Origin: Acidobacteriota bacterium
GTDB lineage: Bacteria; Acidobacteriota; Thermoanaerobaculia; Gp7-AA8
Direction of reading: 5' to 3'
NCBI GenBank assembly: GCA_019244185.1
Contig: JAFATB010000023.1
Span: 1-64,000 of the forward strand
Length of the DNA stretch: 64,000 nucleotides
The notes below the pieces were generated by a model. That model made no database searches and was not told where the DNA came from. It saw nothing but the letters and a program-made list of their open reading frames with translations. The translations under genes were made by a program, and so were the position numbers. The stretch's first letter is position 1. Every line of letters begins with the position of its first letter. Positions 8,995-18,055 of the stretch are shown piece by piece.

Positions 8995-9515
8995 TCGTTG
9001 TAATGCGTCTTTCCGTCGAGCGCCAGCGCGGTCGATTTGGAGTGCACTTCGTAGACGTTGTCGCCGTTGCTGCTCGTCGAGTCGGGATCGTCAGTCGTGG
9101 AGAGCGTGTTCCACTCCTTGCTGCCCGTCATCGGATCGATGAGGTCGCGCTCGCGGATGAGATGCACGGTGCGTCCGTCGGACATCTGCACGCCCTTGAG
9201 CAGCTCATCGAGATTCTTCGGATAGCCGTCCGAGCCGAGCGCCTGCATCTGGGCGGGACCGACCGACGGCAGCGCGACCTGGCCCGGCTGCGGCGGTTGC
9301 GCGAGGTTCGTCTGCATGGTCATGAGGTCGTGATAGCGATCGATGGCGTCGGTGATCTTGCGCAGCCGATCGTGCAGCTCGATCTCCTTCTGCCGCCGGA
9401 TGCCGAAGCGCGCCACGGGCAGCGCCACCGACGCGAGGATGCCGATGATCGCCACGACCGTGACGAGCTCCGCGAGCGTGAAGCCGCGGCTGCGGGTGCG
9501 GTTGCGCTGCAGCAT
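8988..9515 (-). CDS. GspG-like pseudopilin
   Basis: SRG|FTLAELVTVVAIIGIL; GYPKNLDELL; DPMTG; ATG at 9515. Confidence 0.9.
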   Translation of the reverse strand: MLQRNRTRSRGFTLAELVTVVAIIGILASVALPVARFGIRRQKEIELHDRLRKITDAIDRYHDLMTMQTNLAQPPQPGQVALPSVGPAQMQALGSDGYPKNLDELLKGVQMSDGRTVHLIRERDLIDPMTGSKEWNTLSTTDDPDSTSSNGDNVYEVHSKSTALALDGKTHYNEW

Positions 9516-9523
9516 CGGTGTCG

Positions 9524-12133
9524 CTACTGGACGCGCGCCCTTCCTCCCGCGACCGCGGCGACGATGGTGGAACCGTTGCCGTCGCGGAACTCGGGATTCG
9601 ACAGCACGAGGAACGTTTCGCCCGGATTGCCGCCGTGCACGCGGATGGCCAGCACGTCGCCGCCGCCGACGAAATGCAGTCCCTTCCCGTCGCTCGAGGT
9701 CACGCGGATCTGTCCCGCGTTGTGATCGACGCTGACGATGGGCGGCCGCGCCGGATCGACGGCGATGGCGCTGCCGAGCGAAACGTCGGTGACGTCCATC
9801 GCACGCGGGTTGTAGCGCAGCACGATCTCCGGCGCGGTGAGGCCGTCGACGTCCATGGCGATGACGTTCCACACCTTCGTCTCGCCGGGCGAGAGGGCGA
9901 TCGTCGACGGCTGCGCGGCGATGCGAGGCGCGACGCGGAGCGAGCCGCTGTCGTCGGCCGTCGCGAGCACCGTGGCCGCACGCGCGACGGGCGATGACGA
10001 CGACGTCGGCGACGAAGTGCTTGCGGATGCGAGCGAGGCCGCGGGCGTTGTCGACGGCAACGCGAGCTCGTTGCGCGACTCCGGCGTCGGCGGCGGATTG
10101 TTCGGATTCGCGGGCGGCGGCGTGGACGGCGTGCGGAACGGATCGTTCGGCGCGGTGCCCTGCGTCGGCGCGGGCTGCGCGACGACGTCGCCGTTATCGC
10201 CGTTGTCGCTGTTGCCCGGCTCCTGGATGTAGTTGCCCGGCTCACCGTCGGCGAGGCGCTGGTTGTTCGGATTGAACTGCTGTTCCGAGCGGCCCGGGAC
10301 GAACGGATCGGCGCCGATCTGCGACTCGATGCGCGGCGACACTCCGCGGAACGTGAGGTTGTTACCCGTGCCGACCCACATCGGCGCGAGATCCTCCTCG
10401 GTGATGTCCGGGATGCGGATGATGTGCGGCGTCATCGTGAGCACGAGATCGGTGCGCGACTCTTCGTTGTGCGAGTTCGTGAAGAGACGGCCGATGAAGG
10501 GAAGGTCGCCGAGGATCGGCGTCTTCGAGTTGCTCTCGATCTTGTTCGTCTGAATGAGGCCGGCGAGGAAGTTCGTCTCGCCATCCTTGAGGCGGATGGT
10601 CGACTCGATCGTGCGCGTGGCGAACGTCGGCTGGCGCTGGCCGCCGAAGTCGACCGGCGTACCGGTGTTCGACACTTCGACGGTGAGCTTGAGCGTGACC
10701 TCGCGGTTGTGGTGCACGCGCGGCTCCATCGCCACCTTGATGCCGACGTCCTGGTACTGGAACGACGTGTACGGTGTGACGAGCTGGTTCTGGCCGTTCG
10801 ACGTCGTCCCCGGCGAGTAGCCGGCGACGGTGGTGACAGGCACCGGGATGCGCTGGCCGATGTGCAGCGTGGCCTTCTCGCCCTCGGAGATGCGCAGCTC
10901 GGGATTCGCGAGCAGCTCGCTGTTGCCGACGGTCTTGAGCATCGAGTACGTCGCGGTCGGCATCGTGAGGCTGAGGTTGTTCTTGATGTCGTTCACGCTG
11001 CCGAGGACGCGCGCGAGGTCCTGCAGGCTGCCGCCGGTGAAGGTGGCGCGTGCGCCGTCGGCGCCGGCCTGCGTGATCGTGGCGCGCGTGGAGGCGCCGA
11101 GCGAGCCGTCGGCGGCGGGGAAGCCGGCGATGGCGAGGCCGAGGTCGCGGATCTTGTTGAGGTCGAGCTGCACGAGCTCGACGGCGACGACGACTTCGGC
11201 GCGAGCCTTGTCGTTCGCCTCGATGATCTTCTCGGCGATGCGCACCTTGTCGGCGGTGTCGCGGATGGTGATCGCGTTGAGCGCTTTGAGCGGGAAGACG
11301 TTGCGCGCCTCGATCATCGTGCGCACGACGTTGGTCACCTGCTCGGCGTCCCCGTTCGACAGATAGAACGTGCGGATGACGAGGTCCTCGTAGTCGCGCC
11401 GCGCCTGCGGGTTGTCGGGAACGACGATGATCGTGCGCTCGTCGAGCACTTTGTAGAAGTGATTCGCGGCCTGCATGACGCGCTCGAGCGCCTGCTGCGC
11501 GGTGACGTCGCGGAGCTCGATGGTGATGCGGTCGTCCTTGACCGCCTGGTCGAAGAGGACGTTGATGCCGAACGCGTTGCCGAGAGCGCGATAGATGTCC
11601 TTGACCGGCGTGTCGCGCGAGAAGGTCAGCGAGATCGGCTCGTTGGACGCGGGGTTGAGCTGCGGCGGCTGCGCCTTGGTGATGGCCGACTGCGCGCGCT
11701 TCTTGATCTCGTCGACGGAGACGCTCTCCTGCGTCGCGCGCTGGATGTCGTTGATGAGGCCGACCGCCTTCGCCAGCTCCACGGCGGCGTACTGGTTCGT
11801 CGCGTCGAGGCGCACGGTGAGCTGCAGTTCCGTGGCCGCGAGCTGAGCGAGGCGGAGCTGATCGTTTCCCTTCGCCTCGAGCGCGGCGTTGCGCAGCGTC
11901 TTGCCCTTCTCGAAGTGCACGCGCGAGGATTCACGCTTGGCGCGGTCGAGCGCCATCTGGTATTCGCGGTTGGTCGGGCTGATCTGCAGCGCCTGCTCGT
12001 AGCCGAGAACGGCCGCGTCCCAATCCTTCGTTTCCTCCGCCGTCTTGGCGCGCTGGTACGCGTTGTAGCTCGCGCACGACAGCGAAACGAACGAGATCAG
12101 CAGGATCGCGGTGGTGCTTTTCAGTCGATTCAT
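9524..12133 (-). CDS. gspD: Secretin (GspD/PilQ family) lipoprotein with N-terminal helical/TPR region and C-terminal cohesin-like domain
   Basis: Lipobox SLSC; RTFYLSN N3 domain; LHIGQRIPVP, YQDVGIK, RLKDGET, PILGDLPFIGRLF, TPHIIR; Pro-rich linker and beta-rich tail. Confidence 0.9.
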   Translation of the reverse strand: MNRLKSTTAILLISFVSLSCASYNAYQRAKTAEETKDWDAAVLGYEQALQISPTNREYQMALDRAKRESSRVHFEKGKTLRNAALEAKGNDQLRLAQLAATELQLTVRLDATNQYAAVELAKAVGLINDIQRATQESVSVDEIKKRAQSAITKAQPPQLNPASNEPISLTFSRDTPVKDIYRALGNAFGINVLFDQAVKDDRITIELRDVTAQQALERVMQAANHFYKVLDERTIIVVPDNPQARRDYEDLVIRTFYLSNGDAEQVTNVVRTMIEARNVFPLKALNAITIRDTADKVRIAEKIIEANDKARAEVVVAVELVQLDLNKIRDLGLAIAGFPAADGSLGASTRATITQAGADGARATFTGGSLQDLARVLGSVNDIKNNLSLTMPTATYSMLKTVGNSELLANPELRISEGEKATLHIGQRIPVPVTTVAGYSPGTTSNGQNQLVTPYTSFQYQDVGIKVAMEPRVHHNREVTLKLTVEVSNTGTPVDFGGQRQPTFATRTIESTIRLKDGETNFLAGLIQTNKIESNSKTPILGDLPFIGRLFTNSHNEESRTDLVLTMTPHIIRIPDITEEDLAPMWVGTGNNLTFRGVSPRIESQIGADPFVPGRSEQQFNPNNQRLADGEPGNYIQEPGNSDNGDNGDVVAQPAPTQGTAPNDPFRTPSTPPPANPNNPPPTPESRNELALPSTTPAASLASASTSSPTSSSSPVARAATVLATADDSGSLRVAPRIAAQPSTIALSPGETKVWNVIAMDVDGLTAPEIVLRYNPRAMDVTDVSLGSAIAVDPARPPIVSVDHNAGQIRVTSSDGKGLHFVGGGDVLAIRVHGGNPGETFLVLSNPEFRDGNGSTIVAAVAGGRARVQ

Positions 12134-12180
12134 GTCTTCTTCCTGAGTCCTGATGCTGTGACGCCCGAATCGCGGAAACG

Positions 12181-12876
12181 TCACTGCCCGAGAGGGATGC
12201 GCTGCGTGACGTCCGGCGGGAATCCGACGAACCCGATCTCGGCCGACTCGATGCCGATGCGGCGCAGGATGAACTTCCCTTCGATGACGTCTCCGATGCG
12301 CGCGTTGACGATCTCGCCTTCACGCGCGAAGGTGGCGATCGGCGACTGCGGTCTACCGAACATGCCGATGAATTTGTAGTTGAACTGCGGCGGAACCGGC
12401 GCGGGCGGCGGAGGCGGAATCTCCGGCTCCTGTTCGCACGCGGTGCCGATGCCGTCGCCGTCGATGTCTTTCTGATCGGGGTTCGGTACCTTCACGCAGT
12501 TGTCGCGAAAGTCGGGGATGCCGTCCTTGTCCTGGTCGGGCGGCGGCGGTGGCGGCGCGGCGGCAGGAGGCGGCGGCGGTGGGGGCGGCTCTTTGTACGC
12601 GAAGAGATTGCGCTCGCTGCGATAGCTGCCGCTCTCCGGCTCGAGCAGGTCCGTGCGCACGGGCTCGACGCCTGGAACGACGTTCTGCGCGACGCGGTGC
12701 GCGCCGGGCGCGGATGACGGTGCGTCCGCCGACAGCTCGCCGTCCGCCGGTCCCGACGAAGCCGCGACGGGTGCGGGCGAGGAAGACTCGGGCGATGCGA
12801 ACGTGTAGATCGCAAAGGCGGCGATGAGGAGCAGGGCCGCGGCGGTCCAGGGTTTCCAGTTCATCCAGTTCATCAC
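12181..12876 (-). CDS. PilP/GspC-position membrane protein with thrombospondin type-3 repeat
   Basis: N-terminal TM, RNLF motif, poly-Pro, [33 protein letters not shown]-terminal [13 protein letters not shown] beta domain. Confidence 0.75.
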   Translation of the reverse strand: MMNWMNWKPWTAAALLLIAAFAIYTFASPESSSPAPVAASSGPADGELSADAPSSAPGAHRVAQNVVPGVEPVRTDLLEPESGSYRSERNLFAYKEPPPPPPPPAAAPPPPPPDQDKDGIPDFRDNCVKVPNPDQKDIDGDGIGTACEQEPEIPPPPPAPVPPQFNYKFIGMFGRPQSPIATFAREGEIVNARIGDVIEGKFILRRIGIESAEIGFVGFPPDVTQRIPLGQ

Positions 12877-13475
12877 AACCGGTTGTTCGCCGCCGGCGCG
12901 GCCGAGTCGTCGCGGAACAGCGTCTTGACGTGCAGATTGAGCGTGAGCTGATTGCCCTCGCGCGCGACGAGCGAGATCGAGTCGATGATCACGAACTGCC
13001 GCGAGAGCTCGAGGAGATTGATGAGTCGCCGCGCCTGATCGTATGTGCCGGTGACGCTGAAGGCGATGCCCACTTCGGTCGCGCCGATCGGCTCCGCGCG
13101 GCGGCGGTTGCCGGCGTTCTGCGCCTGCACGGCCGCGGCGTCGAACGCGTACGACGGCGGCACGAGCGCGCTGGCGACCGCGAGCCGCTTCACCTCGCCG
13201 ATCATGGCCGTTAGGCGCTCGGCCTGCGTCGACCAGTGGTGATCGTAGATGTCCTGCACATCGCGCTCGATGCGGCGGTAGCTCGCGAGCGCGGTGTCCG
13301 CTTTCGCGCGATCCGCTTTCGCCGAGCGCAGCTGCGCTTCCGCTTCGGAGAGGCGCTGTGCCGTCGCGTCGAGACGGCTCTGGTACTGCACGCGATAGGT
13401 GAAGAAGAAGATCGTGTTCGCGGCGAGGATCACCGCGAGGACGATGAGCAGAACCCGTTTCTCGCGCCAGATCAT
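12873..13475 (-). CDS. PilO/GspM-like alignment protein
   Basis: TM + coiled coil + ferredoxin-like core ([16 protein letters not shown]); operon position. Confidence 0.8.
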   Translation of the reverse strand: MIWREKRVLLIVLAVILAANTIFFFTYRVQYQSRLDATAQRLSEAEAQLRSAKADRAKADTALASYRRIERDVQDIYDHHWSTQAERLTAMIGEVKRLAVASALVPPSYAFDAAAVQAQNAGNRRRAEPIGATEVGIAFSVTGTYDQARRLINLLELSRQFVIIDSISLVAREGNQLTLNLHVKTLFRDDSAAPAANNRL

Positions 13476-14053
13476 CGCGTGGCTCCGGCGTGCGGCGCGT
13501 CGGGACGGTAACCGACCGTGAGCGAGAAGTGATACCCGCCGGTCGGATCGAGCGTCTCGTTGCTCGGGAACGGATGGTAGAAGCGCGGATCGCGGTTCAT
13601 GCGGTCGATCGTGGTCAGCATGCCGTCGGCGGATTTCGAGTCGAACAGCAGCGAGAGCTGAATGCCGTTCGGCGTGAAGGCCGGCGTGACGGAGCTGAGG
13701 CGCACGTCATCGGAGAGCACCGACTCGAGCTCGTCGAGCAGCGCGCTCCACGAGAACGCGCGCTGGGCCAGCTTCTGGTTGATGAAGCGCGTGCGCTCGT
13801 CGAGACCGGCCAGGTCGAGGCTCTGCAGGCGCCGCTGCGACACCTGCGCGCGTTCGCGCTCCTGCGCCGCCTGCGACTCCACGGTCGCGATCTGCGCGCG
13901 CGTGCTCTTCGTCTCGTGCACGTAGCGGTAGTACGTGCTGATGTTGTTCAGCATCAGGAACGCGGCCAGCAGCGACATGAGCACCACCGCGGCGTACACC
14001 GGCCGGTAGTCCCGGTAGGGACGTGAGGCGAGGTTCAGATGGATCGGCTTCAC
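13472..14053 (-). CDS. PilN-like alignment protein
   Basis: [10 protein letters not shown]-terminal motif, TM, coiled coil, [10 protein letters not shown]...VRL; GTG at 14053. Confidence 0.85.
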   Translation of the reverse strand: MKPIHLNLASRPYRDYRPVYAAVVLMSLLAAFLMLNNISTYYRYVHETKSTRAQIATVESQAAQERERAQVSQRRLQSLDLAGLDERTRFINQKLAQRAFSWSALLDELESVLSDDVRLSSVTPAFTPNGIQLSLLFDSKSADGMLTTIDRMNRDPRFYHPFPSNETLDPTGGYHFSLTVGYRPDAPHAGATR

Positions 14054-14946
14054 GCGGTGAATACTCCTGTGCACGCGGTCAGTTCCGCGTCGAGGCCGGT
14101 GATGTCCGCCGGCGCGGCTTCCGCGTAGTCGCGCAGGGCGACCGGACGCACGGGCGTGTTGAATTCGGAGGCGAGCGTCTCGTGCACGGCCTGCGCGTTC
14201 GCGCCGGCGACGTAGCAGTTCTCGAACGTCTCGACCTTCAGCGAGTCGCGCAGGTAGTTCGCCGAGAGGCGGATCTCCTGATCGACGGTGCGGTTCTGGC
14301 TGAGATTGCGCGAGCGGATGAAGAGCGGCTGCGCGCCGCGGAACACCGCGGTGGTGAAGTCTTCCTCGCGTACGTACACGAAGAGGCGGTCGGCGTTCGT
14401 CTCCGCCTCGCGCACCGTGATGGCGTTCCAGATGTTGAGGCCGATCGGCTCGATGAGCACGACGTCGATGCCCGCGGCGGCGAAGACGCGCTCGATCGTG
14501 GCGAGCGTCGATTCCATCGCGCTCAGCACGAGCACTTTCGCGGCGCCGCTCTTTTCTTTCGACAGCACGCTGTACGAAACGCGCAGTTGCTCCGGCGGAA
14601 TCGGCAGCGTGCGCTTGAGGCTCCAGCGCACGACGTCGAGCGCCTCGGCATCCCGCTCCGGGAGCGACGGCAGCTCGACGATGTTGATGCGGAACCACGA
14701 GTCGGGCAGCAGCAGCGACGCCTTGTCCCACTTGCCCGTCTCGTTCTTCAACCGCCGCACCGCCTCGGCGAGCGAGGCTTCGTTCGCCAGCTGCGGCGAG
14801 ACCATCGACGGCGTGAAGGTGCCGGCGGCGAGACGATACGTCTTCGCATTCACGATGCGCGGACCGCTCTTGCCGCGGCCGAGGCGCGCGTGCAGGAGTC
14901 CGTCCGTATCGAGGAGGAGCACGTCGGGAGGAAAAGATCGCGGCAT
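14050..14946 (-). CDS. PilM/GspL-like cytoplasmic protein
   Basis: LLLPDSW, VVRWSLKRTLP, LFIRSR; directly upstream of pilN. Confidence 0.75.
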   Translation of the reverse strand: MPRSFPPDVLLLDTDGLLHARLGRGKSGPRIVNAKTYRLAAGTFTPSMVSPQLANEASLAEAVRRLKNETGKWDKASLLLPDSWFRINIVELPSLPERDAEALDVVRWSLKRTLPIPPEQLRVSYSVLSKEKSGAAKVLVLSAMESTLATIERVFAAAGIDVVLIEPIGLNIWNAITVREAETNADRLFVYVREEDFTTAVFRGAQPLFIRSRNLSQNRTVDQEIRLSANYLRDSLKVETFENCYVAGANAQAVHETLASEFNTPVRPVALRDYAEAAPADITGLDAELTACTGVFTA

Positions 14947-14948
14947 GA

Positions 14949-16574
14949 CTACTCGACGAACGTCACCTTGTTGATCTCGCGCAACGTCGTCTGTCCTTCG
15001 GCGACCTTCAGCAGCGCGGACTCGCGCAGGAAGGTCATTCCTTCTTCCTTTGCCGCCTTCTTGATCTCCGAAGCGGGACGGCGGTCGAGAATCATGCCTC
15101 GAATACGGTCCGAGAGGTCGAGAAGTTCCGAGATGGCCGCGCGGCCGTGGAATCCGGTGCCGTTGCATTCGAGGCAGCCGGCGCCTTCGTAGAACGTGCG
15201 TCCGCGGTGTTCCGCCGGATCGAGCCCGGAATCGACGAGGAAGCCGTCGGTGTACTTCACCTCGCGCTTGCAGTAGTCGCAGATGCGGCGCACGAGGCGC
15301 TGCGCGAGCACGCAGTTGAGGGCCGACACGAAGTTGTACAGATCGACCTTCATGTTGAGGAAGCGGCCGAGGACGTCGACGACGTTGTTCGCGTGGACGG
15401 TGGTGAAGACGAGGTGGCCGGTGAGCGCCGACTGCACGGCGATCTGCGCGGTCTCTTCGTCGCGAATCTCACCGACCATGATCTTGTCGGGGTCGTGGCG
15501 GAGGATCGAGCGGAGGCCGCGCGCGAACGTGAGGCCTTTCTTCTCGTTGACCGGGATCTGCGTGATGCCGCGCAGCTGGTATTCGACCGGATCCTCGATG
15601 GTGATGATCTTGTCTTCCGACGACTGAATCTCGGAGAGCGCGGCGTACAGCGTGGTGGTCTTGCCCGAGCCGGTGGGGCCGGTGACGAGCACCATGCCGT
15701 ACGGCTCTTTGATGAACTTGCGGAAGCGCGCCAGCATGGCCTGGTCGAAGCCGAGGATGTCGAGGCGGAGGTTCTTGAACTCCTTCGACATCGACTCCTT
15801 GTCGAGAATACGGATGACCGAGTCCTCGCCGTGCGCGGTGGGGACGATCGAGACGCGGAAGTCGATCGTGCGTCCGGTGATGCGGAGCTTGAAGCGGCCG
15901 TCCTGCGGGATGCGCTTCTCGGCGATGTCGAGCTCCGACATGATCTTGATACGGGAGATGATCGTGGAGTGATGGCGCTTGTCGATCGGCTCGAGCGCCT
16001 CGTAGAGCACGCCGTCGATGCGGTACTTGACCACGACCTCGTTGTCGCGCGTCTCGATGTGAATGTCCGACGCGCGGCGCTGGATCGCGTTGAAGACGAT
16101 CGAGTCGACGAGCTTGATGATCGGCGACGAGTCCTGCTGCGTGATCGAGTCGATCGTCAGCGTCTCTTCGCCATCCTCGGTCTCCGCGACGAGCTGCATG
16201 CGGAAGCCTTCGGTCGCCTCGTCGAGCACGCGCTGCGTCGACTCCGACTTCTGCAGCTTGTCGCGGATCGACGCCGGCGAGGCCACCTTCACGCGCAGCG
16301 GCGCGCCGAGGAGCAGCTCCAGCTCGTCGAGGCGGAGCACGTCCGTCGGATCGCCGACCACGATGTTGATGTGGCCGTCTTCGCGATGCTCGGGGATGAA
16401 CTGATAGCGGATCATCAGATCGAGCGGGATCTCGCTGAAGAGCTGATGGTCGACCTGGAAGTGCTCGAGGTCGACGAAGTCGAAGCCGTACTGTTCCGCC
16501 AGCCGGCGGGCGCGCGAGGCCTCACCCGCCGGATCGGCGTTCTTGTAGAGGGTGCGATTGGGATCTGCGACCAT
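14949..16574 (-). CDS. gspE: GspE/PilB assembly ATPase
   Basis: ASDIHIE, PQDGRF, GPTGSGKTTT, TIEDPVE, LRHDPD, MVGEIRD, TGHLVFTTVH, tetra-Cys zinc motif. Confidence 0.95.
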   Translation of the reverse strand: MVADPNRTLYKNADPAGEASRARRLAEQYGFDFVDLEHFQVDHQLFSEIPLDLMIRYQFIPEHREDGHINIVVGDPTDVLRLDELELLLGAPLRVKVASPASIRDKLQKSESTQRVLDEATEGFRMQLVAETEDGEETLTIDSITQQDSSPIIKLVDSIVFNAIQRRASDIHIETRDNEVVVKYRIDGVLYEALEPIDKRHHSTIISRIKIMSELDIAEKRIPQDGRFKLRITGRTIDFRVSIVPTAHGEDSVIRILDKESMSKEFKNLRLDILGFDQAMLARFRKFIKEPYGMVLVTGPTGSGKTTTLYAALSEIQSSEDKIITIEDPVEYQLRGITQIPVNEKKGLTFARGLRSILRHDPDKIMVGEIRDEETAQIAVQSALTGHLVFTTVHANNVVDVLGRFLNMKVDLYNFVSALNCVLAQRLVRRICDYCKREVKYTDGFLVDSGLDPAEHRGRTFYEGAGCLECNGTGFHGRAAISELLDLSDRIRGMILDRRPASEIKKAAKEEGMTFLRESALLKVAEGQTTLREINKVTFVE

Positions 16575-16588
16575 AAGTAGAAAGACCT

Positions 16589-17800
16589 CTACTGATCCTG
16601 TCCGACCGTTGAGAGCCGGAACAGCGGCAGGTAGAAGGCGTACAACAGCACGGCGATAACTCCGCCCATGAATACGAGAATGAGCGGCTCGATCGCCGCA
16701 ACCATCCGGGAGAGTCTGGCCTCGATTTCCTCGTCGTAGAACTCGCTCACATTCGCGAGCATTTCCGTCAATGCGCCGGTCGATTCGCCGACTTTGATCA
16801 TCTCCACCGCGAGGTCGCTCATGACGCCGGTGTTGTCGAGCGAGCGCCACAGCGGCTCGCCCTCGCGCACGTTCTGCACGATGCCCGAGATCCTCGTCGA
16901 CACGAGCTGGTTCGTCACCGACTGCGAAGCGATCTCGATGGCCGGCACCATCGGCGTGCCGCCCGCGAGCAGCGTCCCGAGCGACTGCGTGAACTGCATG
17001 ATCGCGAAGCGGTGCAGCACGCCGCCGACGAGCGGAATGCGCAGCTTGAAGCGATCCCACAGCAGGCGCCCGCTCGTCGCGACCCAGCGGTTGAGTAGGA
17101 AGATGGTCAGCGCGACGCCGAGCACGACCGCGATGATGTTGTTCCGCAGTCCGGTGGCGAGGCTGATCATGAACTGCGTGAACCACGGCAGCTCGGCGCC
17201 GAAACCTTCGAAGAACGTCGCGAACTTCGGAATGACGACGGTGATCATGATGAACACCATCGCGGACGAGAGCGTGATGAGGATGATCGGATAGACGAGC
17301 GCGCCGACGACTTTCTTGCGCAGGCTCACGATCATCTTCTGGTAGCGCAGGAAGCGCTTGAGCACGCCTTCGAGATCGCCCGAGCGCTCGCCGGCACGCA
17401 GCGACGTCGAGTAGATCGGCGGAAAGAGGTTGCCGTATGCGGCGAAGGCGTCGGAGAGCGCGACGCCGGAGGTGATCTTCTCGCGGATCTCGTTGAGCAC
17501 TTCGCGGAAGCGAAGGTTCTTCTGCCGCTCGAGCATGATGTCGAACGACTGCACGATGGGAAGACCGGCGCGCACGAGCGCGAGCAGTTCCTGGTTGAAC
17601 AGCAGGAAGCGCTCGGTCGAGATGACGCGGCGGGTCTTCGGCAGGAAGTCGCCGAGGGAGAGGGCGCCGCGCTTCGCCTCGAAGACGTGCAGCCCCTGGC
17701 GGCGCATCTCGTCCTGCGCGGCGCGCAAGGTCGCCGCGCGGACGTGTCGTTCGATCACGTCACCCTCGGGCGTTCCGACTCGGAGAATGAATTCGGGCAT
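16589..17800 (-). CDS. gspF: GspF/PilC platform protein
   Basis: AGERSGDL, ALVYP, VIPKF, VGESTGAL, IEPLI; ATG at 17800. Confidence 0.95.
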   Translation of the reverse strand: MPEFILRVGTPEGDVIERHVRAATLRAAQDEMRRQGLHVFEAKRGALSLGDFLPKTRRVISTERFLLFNQELLALVRAGLPIVQSFDIMLERQKNLRFREVLNEIREKITSGVALSDAFAAYGNLFPPIYSTSLRAGERSGDLEGVLKRFLRYQKMIVSLRKKVVGALVYPIILITLSSAMVFIMITVVIPKFATFFEGFGAELPWFTQFMISLATGLRNNIIAVVLGVALTIFLLNRWVATSGRLLWDRFKLRIPLVGGVLHRFAIMQFTQSLGTLLAGGTPMVPAIEIASQSVTNQLVSTRISGIVQNVREGEPLWRSLDNTGVMSDLAVEMIKVGESTGALTEMLANVSEFYDEEIEARLSRMVAAIEPLILVFMGGVIAVLLYAFYLPLFRLSTVGQDQ

Positions 17801-18055
17801 GTGGGTAAGTCGTTCCCTTCGCTTCGGCTTGGACGCGCTGAGCCTGCAAACGTTTCGACGAGCGGCGAGGATAACGGAGGGGCGGGAGCGACCATTTCCG
17901 CCACGTTCGGTGCGAAGATTGCAGCGCGGCGCGTATTTCAGCAGTCCATCGCGGCGTTTCTGGTGATGCACATTACGGCGGCGGGTGGCGGGTGAACGCA
18001 TTCTTTAACCGGGTTTTCCGCGAAAAAGAAAGGGTTTTCTGCCCAAGTTGGTTTC

